Notes: a model not told the origin generated them from the letters alone. DNA of 64,000 nt from Thermomicrobiales bacterium (GCA_041390825.1 JAWKPF010000013.1:67949-131948); one strand, 5' to 3'; positions 18,025 to 26,803 are shown, numbered from the stretch's first letter. Numbers and translations are program-made.

Positions 18025-18300
18025 TCAGGCGTTGGCGGGCGCGGTAGAGAAAGGTTCGCCAGGCCAGCCCGCTTCGGGATCCAGGTCATGGACTCGATTC
18101 AGGCGACCAACAAGAAGATTCGCCCGAGTGTGGTTCAGATTTTGGGATTTCCAGGATGCGTCGACGGCCGAAACGATCAGAAGTGGCGCCTGCCACGGAA
18201 TCGGCCAGAAGACGACGCGATGGACCGTTGTTGGTCTGTGACGTCCCACCGTTGAAACGCTGGGCAGCCCAGATTGTTCGTATTCGCCGGTCACGCCCAT
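18025..18300 (-). CDS. hypothetical protein (doubtful)
   Basis: 91-aa ORF ending just before the bidirectional terminator. Third-position G+C looks lower than in neighbouring genes, and it contains a copy of the GTCCCACCGTTGAAACGCTGGGC hairpin element. No family recognised. Confidence 0.25.
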   Translation of the reverse strand: MGVTGEYEQSGLPSVSTVGRHRPTTVHRVVFWPIPWQAPLLIVSAVDASWKSQNLNHTRANLLVGRLNRVHDLDPEAGWPGEPFSTAPANA

Positions 18301-18702
18301 TTCCTCACGTAGCCGCAGGCCTCCGTGCCTGCCCTCCCTTCCTCACGTAGCCGCAGGCCTCCGTGCCTGCCCTCCCCTTCTTCACGTAGCCGCAGGCCTC
18401 CGTGCCTGCCCTCCCCTTCCTCACGTAGCCACAGCCCTCCGTGCCTGCCCTCCTTCCTCACGTAGCCGCAGCCCTCCGTGGCTGCTGTCTGGCGTCAAGA
18501 GCCGCCACGGAGGGCTGCGGCTACGGGGTTTGGGACAGAGCAGCCACGGAGGGCTGCGACTACGGGGTTTGGGGACAAGAGCAGCCACGGAGGGCTGCGA
18601 CTACGGGGTTTGGGGACAGGAGCAGGCACGGAGGGCTGCGCTACGGGTTTGGGGACAGGAGCAGCCACGGAGGGCTGCGGCTACGGGTTTGGGGACAGGA
18701 GG
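18301..18702. repeat. palindromic repeat array: 5 direct ~38-nt units, a ~15-nt centre, then 5 inverted ~40-nt units
   Basis: Left units TTCCTCACGTAGCCGCAG(G/C)CCTCCGTG(C/G)CTGCCCTCCC start at 18301, 18339, 18378, 18417 and 18454. Right units CAGCCACGGAGGGCTGCG(G/A)CTACGGGGTTTGGGGACAGGAG start near 18502, 18541, 18582, 18623 and 18662. The 24-nt cores are exact reverse complements. Confidence 0.9.
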
Positions 18703-19041
18703 AATCCAATATGAATATTCCGGGCCAAGCCCCTGGGCAATCACCTGGAATCCGTAGCGGTGCGGCCACGGCTGGTCGGTCCTGCTTCGGGCTCACGCCG
18801 GATCGAACCAGGGTGTCGATTCCCACTATCTGAACCACCCCCGACTTGCTATTGGTTGGGTGAGGTTGGTTTCGGTGAGGAAGATCTGGAGCATGCGGCG
18901 ATTGTCGGGCATGTTGGCGGGATCAAGGGGTGTCGTGGGGATCCAGTGGAGACCTATGGACGTTTGCCTATTCGCTCAGACGGGTGTAGGTTCTGCAGGT
19001 AGAGGAGTGCGGGATTTGGTGTGCGACCTGAGGACGGCCGG

Positions 19042-20048
19042 ATGGCGGTAACGATTCGGGATGTGGCGAAGTTGGCCGGGGTGTCGCCGATGACGGTGTC
19101 GCGCGTCATCAACGGCAGTCCGAAGGTGACGCCGGAAACCCGGGAGCGCGTTCAATCCGCGATCGCCGAACTGCATTACGTGCCGAACACGCTGGCGCGC
19201 GGTTTGACGCAGCAGCGCAGCGGGACGATTGGGATGGTGGTTCCCGATCTGGGAGACCCGTTTTTCACCCTGGTGCTGCGTGGGGCGGAACGAGTGGCAC
19301 GGGCGGCGGGGTATCGGGTGATCGTCTGCAATACGCAGAGCGACGCTGAGCTGGAAGCAGCCTATGTGGACGATCTGATCGCGCATCAGGCGGACGGGGT
19401 GATTCTGGCGCCAGTGGACAATGGGTCGGTGACGGTGGTCGATTGGATGGTGACGCGCGAACTGCCGCATGTGTTGCTGGACCGCTCGATTCCCGGGGTG
19501 CAGGCGGATCTGGTGCAGGGGGATAGCGTGGGCGGCGCGCGTTTGCTGGTGGATCACCTGGTGGCGAATGGACACCGTCGGATTGGGCATGTGACTGAGT
19601 CGCAGAGCGTTTCGACGGCGCGGGACCGGTTTCAGGGGTATCGGGAGGCGTTGGCGGCGAACGGGATTCCCTTCGACCCGAAACTGGTGACCGAGGGGAG
19701 CGGCGCGACGATCGAAGGGGCACGGGGCGCGACGGAGGAACTGCTGGGGCGGGGGTGGATTTCACGGCGATTCTGGCGGTGAACAATCTGTCGGCGGTGG
19801 GGGTGGTGCTGGCATTGCGGGAAGCGGGGTTGAAGGTGCCGGGGGATATCGCCGTGGCGTGTTTCGACGATATCGAGCTGGCGGCGTATCTCTGTCCGTT
19901 CCTGACGGTGCTGGCGCAGCCGGCGACGACGTATGGGGCGATTGCGACGGAGTTGCTCATCGGGCGCATCCAGGGGACGGCGCCGGATGAACGGCAGGTG
20001 ATGGTGCTGGAGGGGGAGCTGATCGTGCGGGAGTCGACGGCGGGATAG
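19042..20048 (+). pseudogene. LacI-family transcriptional regulator, split by a frameshift
   Basis: The HTH MAVTIRDVAKLAGVSPMTVSRVING and the sugar-binding core are in frame 1 (to 19782). The C-terminal part DFTAILAVNNLSAVGVVLALREAGLKVPGDIAVACFDDIE is in frame 3 (19755..20048). The frames rejoin if the G5 run at 19751-19755 were G6. Confidence 0.8.
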
Positions 20049-20058
20049 GGGGACGGAA

Positions 20059-20117
20059 GCAGGCGGCAGGCAGCAGGCGGCAGGCAGCAGGCGGCAGGCA
20101 GCAGGCAGCAGGCAGCA
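20059..20117. repeat. heptanucleotide tandem tract (GCAGGCG/GCAGGCA, ~8.5 units)
   Basis: gcaggcg gcaggca gcaggcg gcaggca gcaggcg gcaggca gcaggca gcaggca. The tract starts 10 nt after the LacI stop codon. Confidence 0.9.
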
Positions 20118-20162
20118 AGACGAGACTGGTTGGGTCGATGATCGGTGCGGGGGACGACGAAC

Positions 20163-20273
20163 CGTCATCCTGAGCTTGTCGAAGGATCTCGCTGGAGTTG
20201 CAGATTGCGTGATTGCTGGAGGAGTGAGTTTCGGGCAACGAGAGGTCCCCGTTCGGCTGCGCTCAGGGCAGGC
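20163..20273. repeat. inverted pair of GTCATCCTGAGC...GAAGGATCTC-family elements (MITE-like, ~110 nt)
   Basis: The left arm CGTCATCCTGAGCTTGTCGAAGGATCTC (20163-20190) is roughly the reverse complement of the right arm GAGAGGTCCCCGTTCGGCTGCGCTCAGGGCAGG (20241-20273). The right arm with its leader GAGTTTCGGGCAACGAGAG recurs at 21901-21947. Confidence 0.6.
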
Positions 20274-20302
20274 TCTCCACTTCGGTCGGGGCGACGGGGT
20301 AG

Positions 20303-21782
20303 TTGTTGACGGGGGGCGGGTGGGTGCGTAGTATGCGGAGAGACAAGGCAAGACTGGCGATGGGGTTCGCCATCGAGCGCACTTTGGTGCTGATGACTCC
20401 TAGCGCGTATGCGCCGGGTTTGGCATGCCTGCTCCGGAACGTCTGGAGAGGTGCGCCGGTGTCGAAGCTCGATGGCAGATGGTTCTTTGTTGCGTCGGGG
20501 TTGGGTGCGGTCGTTGGGATCGCCAGCGGGCTGGCGAGCGCGTTTTTCCTGATTGCGCTGAACTGGGCGACCGATGAGCAAACCAACAATCCCTGGTTGC
20601 TCTATCTGCTGCCGTTTGCCGGGATTCTGATTGCCTGGGCATATGCCGGATGGGGCAAATCGGCCGCAGGCGGGAACAATCTGCTGCTGGACCAACTGCA
20701 CGAGGCGGGCGATTCGAACCGGGTGCCGTTGCGCATGTTTCCGCTGGTGCTGAGCGCGACGATTCTGACGCATCTCTTCGGCGGATCGGCCGGACGCGAA
20801 GGGACCGCCGTACAGATGGGCGGGGCGATTGCAGGTTGGATGTCGCGCGTGCTGCATATGACGAATCGGCATCTGCGGGTGATGTTGATGTGCGGGATCA
20901 GCGGCGGATTCTCCGGTGTGTTCGGCACGCCATTGGCCGGTACGGTGTTTGCCATGGAAGTGGTGGCGATGGGCGGGATGCGTTACGAGGCGCTCATCCC
21001 CTGCCTGATCGCGGCGGTGGTGGCGGATCTGGCAGTGCGTGCGGTGGGCGTGGAGCACATTGCCTATGCGGTGACTTCTGGCTTCCCGGAGATTTCCGCG
21101 CAGACGGCAGGATTGGTGGTGGTGGCGGGAATCATGTTCGGGTTGAGCGAGCCTGGTCTTTGCCGAGGCGACGGTAGCGGTGGAGCAACTCTCCAAACGG
21201 TTCGTGCCGATCCCGACGTTGCGAACCTTTCTGGGCGGCATTCTGGTCATTCTGATCACGCTGGCCTATGGCACGCGGGCGTACAACGGGTTGAGCCTGC
21301 CGCTCTTGACCGATTGTTTCACGGGGCAACCGGTGCCAGCGCTGGCGTTCCTGTTCAAACTGATTCTGACGGCGGTGACGTTGGGGGTGGGATTCAAGGG
21401 GGGCGAGGTGACACCGCTGTTCGTGATCGGCGCGACGTTGGGAGTGACGCTTTCGGGACCGCTGGGACTGGAACCAGATTTTCTGGCGGCGTTGGGCTTC
21501 GTGGCGGTCTTTGCGGCGGCGGCAAATACACCAATCGCCTGCGTGATCATGGGCGCGGAACTCTTTGGGGGATCGGGAATCGTCTTCTTCGGGATCGCGG
21601 TGTTCGTGGCGTACACGATTTCTGGAGACCGGGGGATCTATCACGCGCAGCGCATCGTGACGGGCAAGCATATGCGGCTCGAAAGCGCCACCATAGGCGG
21701 GTCGCTGGCGGAGGCTCGGGCGGCGCGGGCGCCGTTGGTGGAGCAGTTCGAGCGGTGGTGGGATCGGGGTGCGGGGACCTGA
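20303..21782 (+). pseudogene. ClC-type voltage-gated chloride channel, split by a frameshift
   Basis: The N-terminal half, with GSAGREGT and GTPLAG, is in frame 2 (ORF 20303..21844, meaningful only to ~21146). The C-terminal half, with GFKGGEVTP and ANTPIA, is in frame 3 (open from 21147; ORF 21180..21782). The start is uncertain: TTG 20303 or ATG 20333. Confidence 0.8.
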
Positions 21783-21900
21783 GATGGCATTCGATTGGAC
21801 ATTCGGGGGCCAACTACCGTCGCTCCGTTTTGTCCCACCGTTGAAACGCTGGGCTGAGACGTCTTTCGTTGTGCGCACCTCGGTTTCCAGTCTGAGCGTG

Positions 21901-21947
21901 GAGTTCGGGCAACGAGAGATCCTTCGCTGCGGCTCAGGATGACGGGC
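21901..21947. repeat. second copy of GAGTTCGGGCAACGAGAGATCCTTCGCTGCGGCTCAGGATGACGGGC element
   Basis: Matches 20226-20273 in the same orientation, so the two copies bracket the ClC pseudogene. Confidence 0.7.
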
Positions 21948-22030
21948 GCAGTCACCCGGATTCGGCATGCGGCAGTCGTCAGGGGTACGCGATCATGGAA
22001 ATGAGAGGACACGGAGGTCTTTCACTCCGG

Positions 22031-22058
22031 CCTCAGGACCCCGGGCTCAGGACCCCAG
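22031..22058. repeat. 2 x 14-nt tandem tract (CTCAGGACCCCGGG type)
   Basis: cctcaggaccccgggctcaggaccccag. It contains the stop codon (22047-22049) of the histidine phosphatase gene. Confidence 0.7.
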
Positions 22059-22730
22059 CGGGACGCCGTGCCAGTCGGTGCAGATGAGCGCGCCATCGAC
22101 GAAGCGGCCGGCGGCGGTGTCGGTGTTGTCGAACATGTGCTGGATGGCGAATTCGGGCGCGATGTTGGCAAACAGTTGGGTGAGGCAGGCGAGGAGCACG
22201 CCGCCGTGGGCAACGATGACAAGCGTGCCGGGCTGCGCGACGTGGTTGGTGATGATTCGCTGCGAGGCGGGCACGAAACGCTGGAAAACCTGGAGCAGGC
22301 TTTCGCCGCCGTTGGGCGCGGCTGCTTCGTAGTCACCTGCCTGCCATCGGCCCATGACCGAGCGCACCGCCCCTTCCTCGATCATGCCCATGCTGTATTC
22401 GGGGTCGATAAAGGCGATTTCGACGAGGTCGTCGTCGAGCTGAATCTGCAACGCGTGTGGCAGAGCGATGGCGGTGGCGGTCTGGATGCAGCGGGTGCGG
22501 GTGCTGGTGTAGACGGCGATGAGGTTGGTATCGGCCAATCTGGTCCCGATTGCTGTTGCCTGTTCCATGCCTTTACGAGTCAGGGGATAGGTGACGCCGC
22601 TGTCGGGTGGCAGGGCATGCCGGGGGATTTCCAGTTCCGGCATGATGTTGATCTGTGATTCGGCATGTCGCACGAAGAGGACGCGGAAGTCGGGGTGCGG
22701 ATCGATGCCATGCCAGAGATTGGGGATCAT
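22047..22730 (-). CDS. histidine phosphatase (phosphoglycerate-mutase-like) family protein
   Basis: Last 227 codons of ORF 22047..23294, from ATG 22728-22730 (MIPNLWHG). Has catalytic RHAES plus a later AHGGV. The upstream 188 codons of the ORF are Pro/Ser/Arg junk antisense to the next gene. Confidence 0.85.
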   Translation of the reverse strand: MIPNLWHGIDPHPDFRVLFVRHAESQINIMPELEIPRHALPPDSGVTYPLTRKGMEQATAIGTRLADTNLIAVYTSTRTRCIQTATAIALPHALQIQLDDDLVEIAFIDPEYSMGMIEEGAVRSVMGRWQAGDYEAAAPNGGESLLQVFQRFVPASQRIITNHVAQPGTLVIVAHGGVLLACLTQLFANIAPEFAIQHMFDNTDTAAGRFVDGALICTDWHGVPLGS

Positions 22731-22809
22731 AGGGTGCTCCGATGTTGTCAACAAGCATGCGGCAAGCAGCGCGCGGCTTGCAGAATAGCGCGTTGGCCGT
22801 GGAGGGTGA

Positions 22810-23433
22810 TCATGCTGCAGGACTGGCGGCTGTGGTTGGGGTTGCCGGGACCGGGGTGTTGGTCGGGACGCGGGTAGGCGTGCGCGTGGGCTCGGATGTT
22901 CGGGTTGCCGTGGCGGTGTCGAGCACGGGGACGGGTGTTGCCGGGATCGGGGATGCCTCTTCCGTGGCAGGGGTTTCCGTGCGGACTGGGGTGGACGTGA
23001 CGAGCAGATTGGGCGGGATGGTCTCACGCTGATATTCGACGCGCACGTTGCCATCGCCTTCCTGGTTGTAGAGCTCGACCAGGCCAAGGATTTGCAGCAG
23101 GGCGGCGCGGTTGTCGGCGCCTTCGGGGAGCTTGCGGCATTCGCCGTCTTCCAACTCGAGCTGAATGGCGGTGAGCCCTTCCACCGGCTGTTCGGCGTCG
23201 ATGAGGACATCGATGCGGCGGACGCCACCGTCGATGATGGTTTGTTGCGCTTCGGCCACCGTGGTATCGAGACAGAGGTTGACTTGCGAGCCACTATCGC
23301 GGTTCGAGAGCCAAACGATCATGAGCAGCAAGAGAAGGGCGATGGCGCCGCCGATGAGGGTGCCGTAGATGAGCACCGGTTTGCCATCGAGACGCCGCTG
23401 CATGGCCGAGAAGGCGCCGTCGTCCTTCGGCAT
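22810..23433 (-). CDS. single-pass membrane protein with a Thr/Pro-rich C-terminal tail
   Basis: ORF 22810..23556. The TTG at 23556 sits 3 nt from a terminator hairpin, so ATG 23431-23433 (MPKDDGAFSAMQRRL...) is preferred. TM segment is VLIYGTLIGGAIALLLLLMIVWL and the tail is TRTSEPTRTPTRVPTNTPVPATPT. Confidence 0.55.
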   Translation of the reverse strand: MPKDDGAFSAMQRRLDGKPVLIYGTLIGGAIALLLLLMIVWLSNRDSGSQVNLCLDTTVAEAQQTIIDGGVRRIDVLIDAEQPVEGLTAIQLELEDGECRKLPEGADNRAALLQILGLVELYNQEGDGNVRVEYQRETIPPNLLVTSTPVRTETPATEEASPIPATPVPVLDTATATRTSEPTRTPTRVPTNTPVPATPTTAASPAA

Positions 23434-23558
23434 TTCGGTGTCTGCGGGTGTTGTTTGCGGTGCGTCCGGGTCGTTGTCGCTCACGAGGGAAAGGATCGCA
23501 CGGAATGGGTTCCAGGAGCGAGAGACCGCAAAGGAAATGGATCGGCGCTGGATCAAAC

Positions 23559-23586
23559 GAAGACGCCCTCGCGGGAGGGCGTCTTC
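23559..23586 (-). terminator. intrinsic terminator (minus strand)
   Basis: GAAGACGCCCTC-GCGG-GAGGGCGTCTTC, followed on the minus strand by GTTTGATC. Confidence 0.65.
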
Positions 23587-23692
23587 GCCAGATCAAGAAG
23601 CGATTGCGACCCCCAGCCGGGTGCAATCTGGGCGCCTCTTCGGCGCATCGGGGTAGGCGTTGGTTGGGGTCCGCCGAGTGATGGGCAGACAT

Positions 23693-23723
23693 GCGCCGGA
23701 GCGGGAGATGCCCGCTCCGGCGC
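23693..23723 (-). terminator. 13-bp perfect hairpin 15 nt after the stop of 23739..24770
   Basis: GCGCCGGAGCGGG-AGATG-CCCGCTCCGGCGC. There is no clear U-tract. Confidence 0.5.
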
Positions 23724-23738
23724 AGAGAGTGTAGCCGA

Positions 23739-24770
23739 TTACGCGGCCGGCGCGACGATATTGAACTGCTGAACCATGCCGTGGGCCGCATGCGGGGCGC
23801 CATCCGGGCTGGGGTAGAAGCAGAGCAAGGTATAGGCGCCGGGCTCGAGACCGATGAGCGTCAGGTCGGCCGACCCACCCGGCTCGATGTCGAAGACACC
23901 ACCCACGAAGGTGACCTGGGACATGTCGACTGAGCCGTCCAGCAGCCCCATCGGATCGGCGCCCTCGGGCAGCTGCGCCACGATGGCCTCGTGCGCCTCT
24001 TCGCCGGAGTTGGAGAAGTTGAAGATGATGGCGTCGGTCTGGACGAAGTCCCAGGAGCCGCTGAAGGACTCGAAGGCGTAGGTGATCCCGCCGGTGGCCT
24101 CATCGGTGGTTTCGGTGATGTTGATGCCATTGACGGCGACAAAGTCGACATCCGGAGTTGGCGGCAGGTCGGCGCGCTCGTCGAGCTTCCAGGCGCCATC
24201 TTCCTCGATCAGGAACCAGCGCCAGTGGTTGTACCAATGGTCACCGACCATGGCCTGCACATCGGCGGAGACGCGGCCATCGTCCCAGACCATGGCGTTG
24301 TCGACATCCTGCAGGGTGACGACCGGGAAGGGAGAGCCGAGCTCGCCTTCGACCTCGTCATAGCGGGTGGCGTACCCCTGGGAGGCGACGAAGCCATTGG
24401 ATTCGAGGGCGACATAGAGGCCGGGATCGCCGGAGGCCTGGCCCTCGTTGTAGCAGGCGAAGTAGTTCTCGACTTCGGCGACGATGGTGGCGGCGGTGGC
24501 GTCATCGGCCGGGGTGCCGGTGACGACTTCTTCGGCTTCGGCGACGGCCATGGGGGTGCCCATGTCCATCCCGGCCATGTCGTCCATGGGGGTGGGGGTC
24601 CCCGGGGGAAGACCGGGGGAAACGCAGGCGACCGCAGCCGCTGGGGAGGCGACCGGAGAGGCGTCTTGCGCGGAGACTGGCGCGAGACTGGCGCTGGTGA
24701 CGAAACCGAGCGCCAGTGCGGCGGCCGCGAGGCGCACGCAGCGGAATGTAGACCGTTTATCCGTGGTCAT
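23739..24770 (-). CDS. secreted protein with a C-terminal cupredoxin-like domain
   Basis: ORF 23739..24938. ATG 24768-24770 follows AAGGAGGAGGA. Signal peptide is FRCVRLAAAALALGFVTSASLAPVSAQD. The C-terminus, EEAHEAIV...YTLLCFYPSPDGAPHAAHGM, has His/Cys/His/Met spacing like a type-1 copper site. Confidence 0.7.
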   Translation of the reverse strand: MTTDKRSTFRCVRLAAAALALGFVTSASLAPVSAQDASPVASPAAAVACVSPGLPPGTPTPMDDMAGMDMGTPMAVAEAEEVVTGTPADDATAATIVAEVENYFACYNEGQASGDPGLYVALESNGFVASQGYATRYDEVEGELGSPFPVVTLQDVDNAMVWDDGRVSADVQAMVGDHWYNHWRWFLIEEDGAWKLDERADLPPTPDVDFVAVNGINITETTDEATGGITYAFESFSGSWDFVQTDAIIFNFSNSGEEAHEAIVAQLPEGADPMGLLDGSVDMSQVTFVGGVFDIEPGGSADLTLIGLEPGAYTLLCFYPSPDGAPHAAHGMVQQFNIVAPAA

Positions 24771-24937
24771 GAAACGGAATCCTCCTCCTTCGAACGATTC
24801 TTTCGATCCCCGGCAAGACTGGTCCGCTTTGGAACCCGCTCGCCGGGATTGGGAACATTTGACGACTGCCCGCCAGCGTGGCGGCGCGGCGATGGCGCCG
24901 GGAACGGCGCGATGCTGTTCCCGGCGCCGGAGCGACA

Positions 24938-26803
24938 CTATTGCTCGACGGCGGTCCAGTTCTGGATGTTCCAGTAGTCCGGCTCCCAGCCGCTGGCGCC
25001 GATGTTGTCGACGACGAGCTTGTGCGAGACGGCGCTCTTGGTCGCGGCGCGCGAAACGACCGGGATCAGGACGAAGTCGTTGATCAGCAGGTCGTTCATC
25101 TGGATGCAGAGCTCGGCAACCTCTTCCATGTCGGTCGAGGCGACGGCCTGCTCGTAGAGCGCATCGTAGTCCGGGTTGACGTAGCGACAGGTGTTGCTAC
25201 CGGTCCACTGGTTGGACTTCTGCGACACATTGCTGTTGTCCGGACCTGCGTAGTAGGTGAGCATGTAGGTCAGGGGGACCGGCGACGTGGGGCCGTCGGT
25301 GAACATATCCATGTCGCGATAGTTGTGATAGAAGGTCTGATCGTTGCCCGGGGAGCTGGAGAAGAAGATGTCTGCAGTCACCTGGCCCAGCTGGACCTTG
25401 ATGCCGATCTTTTCCCAGTTGTCCTTGTTGACGGCCTGGGTCTTCTGGCGCACCGAGTTGATCGAGGTGAAGTAGGAAATCGAGAGTTCTTTGCCGTCCT
25501 TCTTGCGAACGTCGCCATCGAGCACCCAGCCAGCTTCGTCGAGCACGGCTGCGGCCTGGTCCAGATCGAACGTCCAGGCGGTGTTGGGGGATTCCATGGC
25601 GGCCAGGCCGGTCAGGTAGTTCTGGCCCGGCGGCTCCTGCTCGCCACCCAGGTAGAACTGATTGGCGATGGAGTCACGGTCGGTGGCCAGGGAGAAGGCC
25701 TGGCGGACCGCAACGTCGGTGAAGAACGGGTTCGGCGCCTGGAGGCTGGAGCGCTCGCCATCGACCTCGGTGTTCGGGTCGGAGAAGTTGAAGTTGATGC
25801 GCTCGACATTGGTTGGCGGGGCCGCGATGACGGTGCCCTTGCCACCCGATTCCTCGAGCTGCTTGAGAATCTGCGGCTCGACCTGCATGTTCCAGGCGTA
25901 GTCCCAGTCGCCAGTCTGGAGCACAGCCTGCGCGGCCGAAGACGCCTCGCCGCCACCCTTCACGTTGATGGACGAGAAGTACGGCTTGTTGGGCTCGCGG
26001 TAGTGCTCGTTGATGACGTAGATGACCTGGTCGTTCTCCTTGAAGGAATCGACCTTGTAGGCGGCAGTGCCGATTGGGTTGGTGAGGAAGGCTTCAGCCG
26101 CGGCGGCCGGATCATCGCCGCCCAGAATGTGCTGCGGGATGATGGCGCCGAAGGTGCAGCCGGCAAACGGAACGAACCACGAGATCGAGGGTTCGGAAAG
26201 CGTGATGACTGCCTGGAGATCCGAGGTCGCTTCGATCGACGCGACTGGGGCCCAGACCGATGCGCTGGTGGAAGCATTGGCGGGATCGGTGATCCACTGC
26301 CAGGTGAAGACGATGTCGTTGGCGGTTACCGGCTCGCCGTCGCTCCAGAGGAGACCTTCCTGCAGGTTGACGGTGATGGTGGTGAGATCCTCCGAGAGGA
26401 GACCGTTCTCCAGCGAGGGAACTTCGGTGGCGAGGTTGGGGATGATGGTGCCATCCGGCGCGTAGGAGAAGAGGCCCTCGAGCACGATCGAGGAGGCCAG
26501 GAAGTCCTTGGTGCCGGTGCCCTTGTGCGCAAAGGCAATCGAAGGGGCTTGCCACTGGAGAATCTTGAGCTCGCCGCCGGCGCCGCGGGTTTGGCCCTCG
26601 GTGCCCACGGCTGGGCGGGTGGAGGCGTCGGTATTGGTGTCTTGCGCGGCGACGCCTTCGATTTTCATGGAATTGAGCACGAAGAGCGTGATTGGCAAGC
26701 CGACGCCGAGGGCGGTTGCCCGGGCGATGAACTCGCGGCGGGTGATCCGGCCCGATTTGAGATCCTGATAGGTCGACCAGAATGGTCCTTCACGTTGCGG
26801 CAC
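24938..26803 (-). CDS. ABC-transporter substrate-binding protein, family 5, Tat signal
   Basis: 621-aa ORF with twin-arginine motif ITRREFIARATALGVG. The body parallels 5789..7687 (WSDGEPVTANDIVFTWQW, YREPNKPYF). Confidence 0.85.
   Translation of the reverse strand: MPQREGPFWSTYQDLKSGRITRREFIARATALGVGLPITLFVLNSMKIEGVAAQDTNTDASTRPAVGTEGQTRGAGGELKILQWQAPSIAFAHKGTGTKDFLASSIVLEGLFSYAPDGTIIPNLATEVPSLENGLLSEDLTTITVNLQEGLLWSDGEPVTANDIVFTWQWITDPANASTSASVWAPVASIEATSDLQAVITLSEPSISWFVPFAGCTFGAIIPQHILGGDDPAAAAEAFLTNPIGTAAYKVDSFKENDQVIYVINEHYREPNKPYFSSINVKGGGEASSAAQAVLQTGDWDYAWNMQVEPQILKQLEESGGKGTVIAAPPTNVERINFNFSDPNTEVDGERSSLQAPNPFFTDVAVRQAFSLATDRDSIANQFYLGGEQEPPGQNYLTGLAAMESPNTAWTFDLDQAAAVLDEAGWVLDGDVRKKDGKELSISYFTSINSVRQKTQAVNKDNWEKIGIKVQLGQVTADIFFSSSPGNDQTFYHNYRDMDMFTDGPTSPVPLTYMLTYYAGPDNSNVSQKSNQWTGSNTCRYVNPDYDALYEQAVASTDMEEVAELCIQMNDLLINDFVLIPVVSRAATKSAVSHKLVVDNIGASGWEPDYWNIQNWTAVEQ

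Noticed and set aside
18301-18702. Possible CRISPR array (regular ~38-41-nt repeats)
   Set aside because: The units are directly adjacent with no unique spacers. The array reverses orientation halfway, forming a palindrome. No cas genes are present in the window.
18441-18833. ORFs 18441..18833, 18478..18714 and 18530..18757 encoding repetitive GLRLRGLGT-type peptides
   Set aside because: They are translations of the right arm of the palindromic repeat array in three frames. They have no ribosome-binding site or compositional support.
22731-23294. N-terminal 188-codon extension of ORF 22047..23294; likewise the 286-codon extension of ORF 37011..38315
   Set aside because: The extensions are Pro/Ser/Arg-rich, overlap neighbouring genes on the other strand, and precede internal ATGs at which recognisable or compositionally normal proteins begin.
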